In this document: piece after piece, positions 60,205-64,000 of the stretch
How positions within the stretch are numbered: position 1 is the stretch's first letter
How the letters are laid out: each line of letters starts with the position of its first letter
Source: an uncultured delta proteobacterium
GTDB taxonomy: Bacteria > Myxococcota_A > Polyangia > Fen-1088
Length of the DNA stretch: 64,000 nucleotides
Reading direction: 5' to 3'
Assembly: GCA_963755125.1 (NCBI GenBank)
Contig: CAVWIP010000003.1
Location: forward strand, 19,344-83,343
Notes under the pieces: generated by a model
Seen by the model: the letters and a program-made list of their open reading frames with translations, nothing else
Told to the model about the DNA's origin: nothing
Databases searched by the model: none
Made by a program: the position numbers and the translations under genes

Positions 60205-61695
60205 ATGAAGGCGCCGGCCGAACAGCCACTTGATCCGCTGGTTTACCGTTCGGCGACCGCGCGCTCCACCATCCTCCTCTTGGGCCGACTCAGGAAGATG
60301 GCCAGTTTGCTCAGGCTGAGGTCATTCGAGACTTCCACGGAAGGGGGCCGCTCGCTCGAACGCTACCGGCGGATCGCTTTGACGGCCGCGTCCGGAATGG
60401 CCATGCGCGTTGTCAGCTCACTGCTCGGGCTGATCAGCGTTCCGCTGGTTCTCTCCTACTTGGGCAAGGAGCGATATGGCCTGTGGGCGACGATCGGGGC
60501 GGTGGTGGCCTGGACGTCTCTTTTTGATCTGGGGCTCGCGAACGGCCTGGTGAACCTCCTGTCTGCTGCTCATGGACGCGACGACAAAGCTGAAGCGGGA
60601 CGCTACGTGAGTACCGCTTTCGCCGCGCTCCTCCTGATGGCTGCTGCGCTGAGCATAGTCTTCCTCTTGGGCGTCGGCATCGTGCCCTGGGGCAAAGTAA
60701 TTGGTGCGAGGGGTGTAGCCGACGAGAGCACCATCCGCTGGTCGATCGCCGCATCTCTCCTGCTATTTGTCGTGTCGCTGCCATTCTCCGTCACGAGTCA
60801 GGTCTACGCCGCCTACCAGCGCTCGTATCTCTTGAACGGCTTCGTATTCGGCTCGGCCGTCCTCGGATTCACTCTCCTGCTGCTCGCACTGCGGCTCCAC
60901 GTGACCATGCCGCTGCTGATTCTCATCTATGGCATCGGCGGACCCTTCTCGGGCGCTGTGGCGTTCTTCTACGCCACTCGCAAGGCCATGCCCTGGCTGC
61001 GGCCCAGAGTCCGCGGCATCTCCAGACGGGCGCTGCGATCTCTCGTGTCCCTCTCGCTCCCGATTTTCCTCTTCCAGATCGGCGCGCTGGCCGTGAACCA
61101 GACGCAGACCATCATGCTGGCGCATCGCTGCGACATGTCCGTGGTCGCGTCATACTCCATCGCCATGCGTGTCTTCCTGCTGGTCATTGGCGTCGTCCAT
61201 GTCGGAACCAGCTCGTTCGTTCCGGCGCTGCGCGAGGCCTACGAGCACGGCGACCACGACTGGACCCGGCGGGCCTTCGCCAGGTTGCTTCGCTTTCGCC
61301 TGGCGACCACTACGGGCGCGGGCTGCGCATTCATCCTGCTGGGAGATACCCTCCTTCGACTATGGCTTCGCCGCAACGACATCGCTTTCGGTCGCGAGTC
61401 GTGGGCTGCGGTCGCGCTCTTGCTGGTGGCCTGCACGTGGTCCGCCTCCTACTCGGAGCTGCTGTCCATCATGGACCGCCTCTGGCTCAACGTGGCGGCG
61501 GTGCTCTTCAACGGAACCATGGTCCTCCTGCTCACCTATTGGCTGAGCCACCGCTACCAGGTGCTTGGCGCCCTTCTCGCTCTCGGCCTGCCCAGCCTTC
61601 TGGTCGCGCTCGCGCTTCGTGTCTTCGGCAAGCGGGTTCTGGCAGAGAACCACGTCCAGCGGACCGCCGATGGGGTCGGTGGAGCCGGGACCTAG
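60205..61695 (+). CDS. wzx: Wzx-type oligosaccharide flippase
   Basis: ERYRRIALT, YLGKERYGLW, DLGLANGLVN, about 12 hydrophobic helices. Confidence 0.85.
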   Translation: MKAPAEQPLDPLVYRSATARSTILLLGRLRKMASLLRLRSFETSTEGGRSLERYRRIALTAASGMAMRVVSSLLGLISVPLVLSYLGKERYGLWATIGAVVAWTSLFDLGLANGLVNLLSAAHGRDDKAEAGRYVSTAFAALLLMAAALSIVFLLGVGIVPWGKVIGARGVADESTIRWSIAASLLLFVVSLPFSVTSQVYAAYQRSYLLNGFVFGSAVLGFTLLLLALRLHVTMPLLILIYGIGGPFSGAVAFFYATRKAMPWLRPRVRGISRRALRSLVSLSLPIFLFQIGALAVNQTQTIMLAHRCDMSVVASYSIAMRVFLLVIGVVHVGTSSFVPALREAYEHGDHDWTRRAFARLLRFRLATTTGAGCAFILLGDTLLRLWLRRNDIAFGRESWAAVALLLVACTWSASYSELLSIMDRLWLNVAAVLFNGTMVLLLTYWLSHRYQVLGALLALGLPSLLVALALRVFGKRVLAENHVQRTADGVGGAGT

Positions 61696-61872
61696 ATGAA
61701 CCGCAGCCCCGCCCCCATCCGTTCCGCCGCTGCGTTACACTCTTCCTGGCCCCGCACCCCCTCACCGAGAACCCCTTGCGTGCGTGCCCCCTGTTCCGTA
61801 ACTTCTCCCGATGCTCGCCCCGGAAGAGAATCCCAGGTGCGCGTCCGAACGAGCGATTGCGGAGGCCAACCG

Positions 61873-61944
61873 ATGAAAGTCGTCATTCTGGCGGTCGGGC
61901 TGAGAACGCGCCTGGCCGAGGATACTGACGGAGGAGCCGGATGA
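61873..61944 (+). pseudogene. rfbF: N-terminal stub of glucose-1-phosphate cytidylyltransferase-like gene
   Basis: SD GGAGG, then MKVVILAVGLRTRLAEDT versus consensus MKVVILAGGLGTRLAEET; stops after 23 aa, overlapping the next ATG. Confidence 0.65.
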
Positions 61945-63389
61945 GCGGGGGAAAGCGAGTCTTGCTGTTAAACCCGGGCAAGAAGAATTCTTCTTTCGAG
62001 GTCGGGCGTATCCACATGGGCCTTACGCTGATGTCCTCCCTGCTAGCGCGGGCGGGCCACGACGTGCGCTTGGTCGACTTCGCCTTTCTTCAGTCCCGGC
62101 CGCGTTCAATCCCGATACCCAGTGTAGAGGAGACGCTACGAGAATTCGTCCCCGATGTGGTCGGCATCTCGGTGTTCAGCTACCTCTTCGATGAGTGCAA
62201 AGAACTCGTTGACCGCGTGGCGGCCCGTGCCCGCCCGACGATCATTCTAGGTGGCCCCCACTTCACGATCTTTCCGAAGGATTTTGCGTTGGACCGAAGG
62301 ATCGGGTTCATCGTGAGAGGAGAAGCGGAGTCCGTCATTGAGGAACTTGTGAACGCGAAAAGGCCGGAGGACGGCCCGGTCCTCGTGGAGGCCCCTCCCG
62401 CGAAGCCCGAGCAGATCCCCCCGATCGATTTGGGAAGCGCGCTCGGCGGGGATCTCCTCGATGACTACCAGATTCAGCTCAGCCGAGGTTGCCCATACAG
62501 ATGTAGCTTTTGCAACGTCTCGCAAATGGCCGGGCGGCGTATCCGGCCTCGGGATTTGGACGCCTGTATACGTGAAATCGTGGAGGCCAAGAAGAATTTC
62601 CCACGCCTTCGCCTGGTTTCGATTACGGACGATTGTCCCACGTACGACAAGGAGCGCTTCAAGACGTTCCTGCGCCTGTTCGCCAAGGCCGGAACGGGAT
62701 GCTCACTGACTGTCGACAACATGCGCGCTGACGCTATTGACGACGAGATGCTGGCGCTCTACAAGGCCGCCGGCGGGGTAAACATCTGCCTCGGAGTGGA
62801 GAGCAGGGATCCACTCGTCTTCGAGGGGCTTTCAAAGGGGGAGAGCTTAGAGCAGATTGAGGAGGCGGCGAAACTCGTGAGAAAGCATGGACTGTCCCTG
62901 GGGATGTGCTTCGTCATCGGGCTGCCCGAGGACAATATGGAGAGACACCTGCGGTCCGTTCGGTTCGCCAAGGAGGCCAGGCCCAATTACATCTTCTGGA
63001 ACATGTGCGTGCCCTGGCCGGGAACCCAGGTTCATCGGTGGTATTTGGAGCACGGCACCGTCGGAGATCCGCGTAACTTCTCGACTCTTATCGACCCGCA
63101 CCTCAATTTCTCCGATCCGACCTGCGAGTCCGCCGCATTTCCAAAGCGCACGATGGTCAGGGCCTGGCTGATGGCCAACATGGAGACGCACGACTACTTC
63201 AGCCTCCGCGATCTTCCGAAGATGCTCCGTCTGGTGATCCGCTATCGTCTCTTCCGGTCGTTCTCCTATTTCCTCTTTCGAAGGCTTCCCACCGCGCTGT
63301 ATGGGGTGTTCGTGCCGGAGAGCCTGAGAGCGCCTCTTAGGAAGCGCTTCCCGAACGCGGTCGCCCGTATCAAGATGTTGTTGCGCTGA
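61941..63389 (+). CDS. Cobalamin-binding radical SAM protein (class B methylase-like)
   Basis: LLNP, PDVVGISV, GGPH, RGEAE, SRGCPYRCSFC, GVES, FVIGLP, PWPGT. Confidence 0.9.
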   Translation: MSGGKRVLLLNPGKKNSSFEVGRIHMGLTLMSSLLARAGHDVRLVDFAFLQSRPRSIPIPSVEETLREFVPDVVGISVFSYLFDECKELVDRVAARARPTIILGGPHFTIFPKDFALDRRIGFIVRGEAESVIEELVNAKRPEDGPVLVEAPPAKPEQIPPIDLGSALGGDLLDDYQIQLSRGCPYRCSFCNVSQMAGRRIRPRDLDACIREIVEAKKNFPRLRLVSITDDCPTYDKERFKTFLRLFAKAGTGCSLTVDNMRADAIDDEMLALYKAAGGVNICLGVESRDPLVFEGLSKGESLEQIEEAAKLVRKHGLSLGMCFVIGLPEDNMERHLRSVRFAKEARPNYIFWNMCVPWPGTQVHRWYLEHGTVGDPRNFSTLIDPHLNFSDPTCESAAFPKRTMVRAWLMANMETHDYFSLRDLPKMLRLVIRYRLFRSFSYFLFRRLPTALYGVFVPESLRAPLRKRFPNAVARIKMLLR

Positions 63390-63395
63390 ACGGCT

Positions 63396-64000
63396 TCATC
63401 CGCCTGGCTTGCGAAAGACTAGCCCTGCAACACCGCAGCCCGGCATCGCGTCGGCGGAAGCGAACTCCCGGTAGTGCCTGACCATCATGACGGGATCGAA
63501 GATCGCAACCTTGAGACCATGAGTCATCCAGCGGCGCTCGTACTCGTGAAAGTGCCCTGGCGTGCGCTCGCCGTAGTAGCCGCGCGCGACGGGCGCCACG
63601 CCCAGGGGTCGGATGATCCGTTGGTTGATCGAGGCCTCGTCGTACCAGCGTTGGAAGAAGACACCCCGATCGGGATCTGACCTCGCCTGGGTACCGTAAT
63701 AGTCGGTGGTGCGGAATTCGTCCCGTGCCTGGCGATCGATGGGGACTGTGATGATTAGCCGCCCGCCCGGCGCAAGTCGCTCCCAGATCCAGCCGAGTGC
63801 CACTGTCTCGTCATAGTCGCCTGCCACGTGTTCCAGGACCGAGATGCTCCAGATCACGTCGAACTGGGTCTCCAACTCTCGCAAACCGTCAAGAGCACGC
63901 ACCTCGGTCGAAAGTCCCGAGAGTCCGAGGGCTCGCGCCATGTCTCGTGATCTCTTCAGATCGGATGCGTCAGGATTGCACATCAACACGTCGTCAACAC
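63396..64000 (-). CDS. Class I SAM-dependent methyltransferase (5' truncated by window edge)
   Basis: FDVIWSISVLEH, LAPGGRLIITVP; frame open to window end. Confidence 0.8.
   Translation of the reverse strand, partial: VDDVLMCNPDASDLKRSRDMARALGLSGLSTEVRALDGLRELETQFDVIWSISVLEHVAGDYDETVALGWIWERLAPGGRLIITVPIDRQARDEFRTTDYYGTQARSDPDRGVFFQRWYDEASINQRIIRPLGVAPVARGYYGERTPGHFHEYERRWMTHGLKVAIFDPVMMVRHYREFASADAMPGCGVAGLVFRKPGG

Overview
High-GC bacterial DNA whose gene content (TIGR02266-type PilZ protein, PEGA-domain Ser/Thr kinase, FecR-VIT-VWA-TPR protein, DAG-linker lipoprotein) suggests a Myxococcota genome; this is inference from gene content. Bases 1-25.7 kb are mostly core or lineage-typical genes: manC, PMM/PGM, a DUF2844/DUF3443 pair, pilD, rsfS-rlmH, a J-domain protein, gpmA, an orphan 2-oxoacid dehydrogenase E1-alpha, nadE, a serine hydrolase, a frameshifted kinase, a DUF3516 helicase, a VIT/VWA protein, a B12-radical SAM protein and a PilZ protein. 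From about 25.7 kb to the right edge is a mosaic surface-glycan locus of more than 38 kb whose gene blocks switch strand repeatedly. It holds wecB, a heparinase-like gene, a bi-domain oxidoreductase, two AsnB amidotransferases, UDP-glucuronate decarboxylase, ten glycosyltransferases, a GT-C-like membrane protein, a DegT aminotransferase, an acetyltransferase, several methyltransferases, a Wzx flippase, three radical SAM enzymes (one with the SPASM/twitch domain placed N-terminally) and a lipoprotein with four CBM-like repeats. Recombination scars are visible: a spliced uxs remnant, an rfbF stub and a vapC stub. The best candidates for undescribed systems are the radical-SAM-tailored glycan cluster and the DUF2844/DUF3443 pepsin-like protease pair. 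No tRNA, rRNA, CRISPR array or intact transposase was seen. All family calls come from motif recognition by eye, not from database searches.
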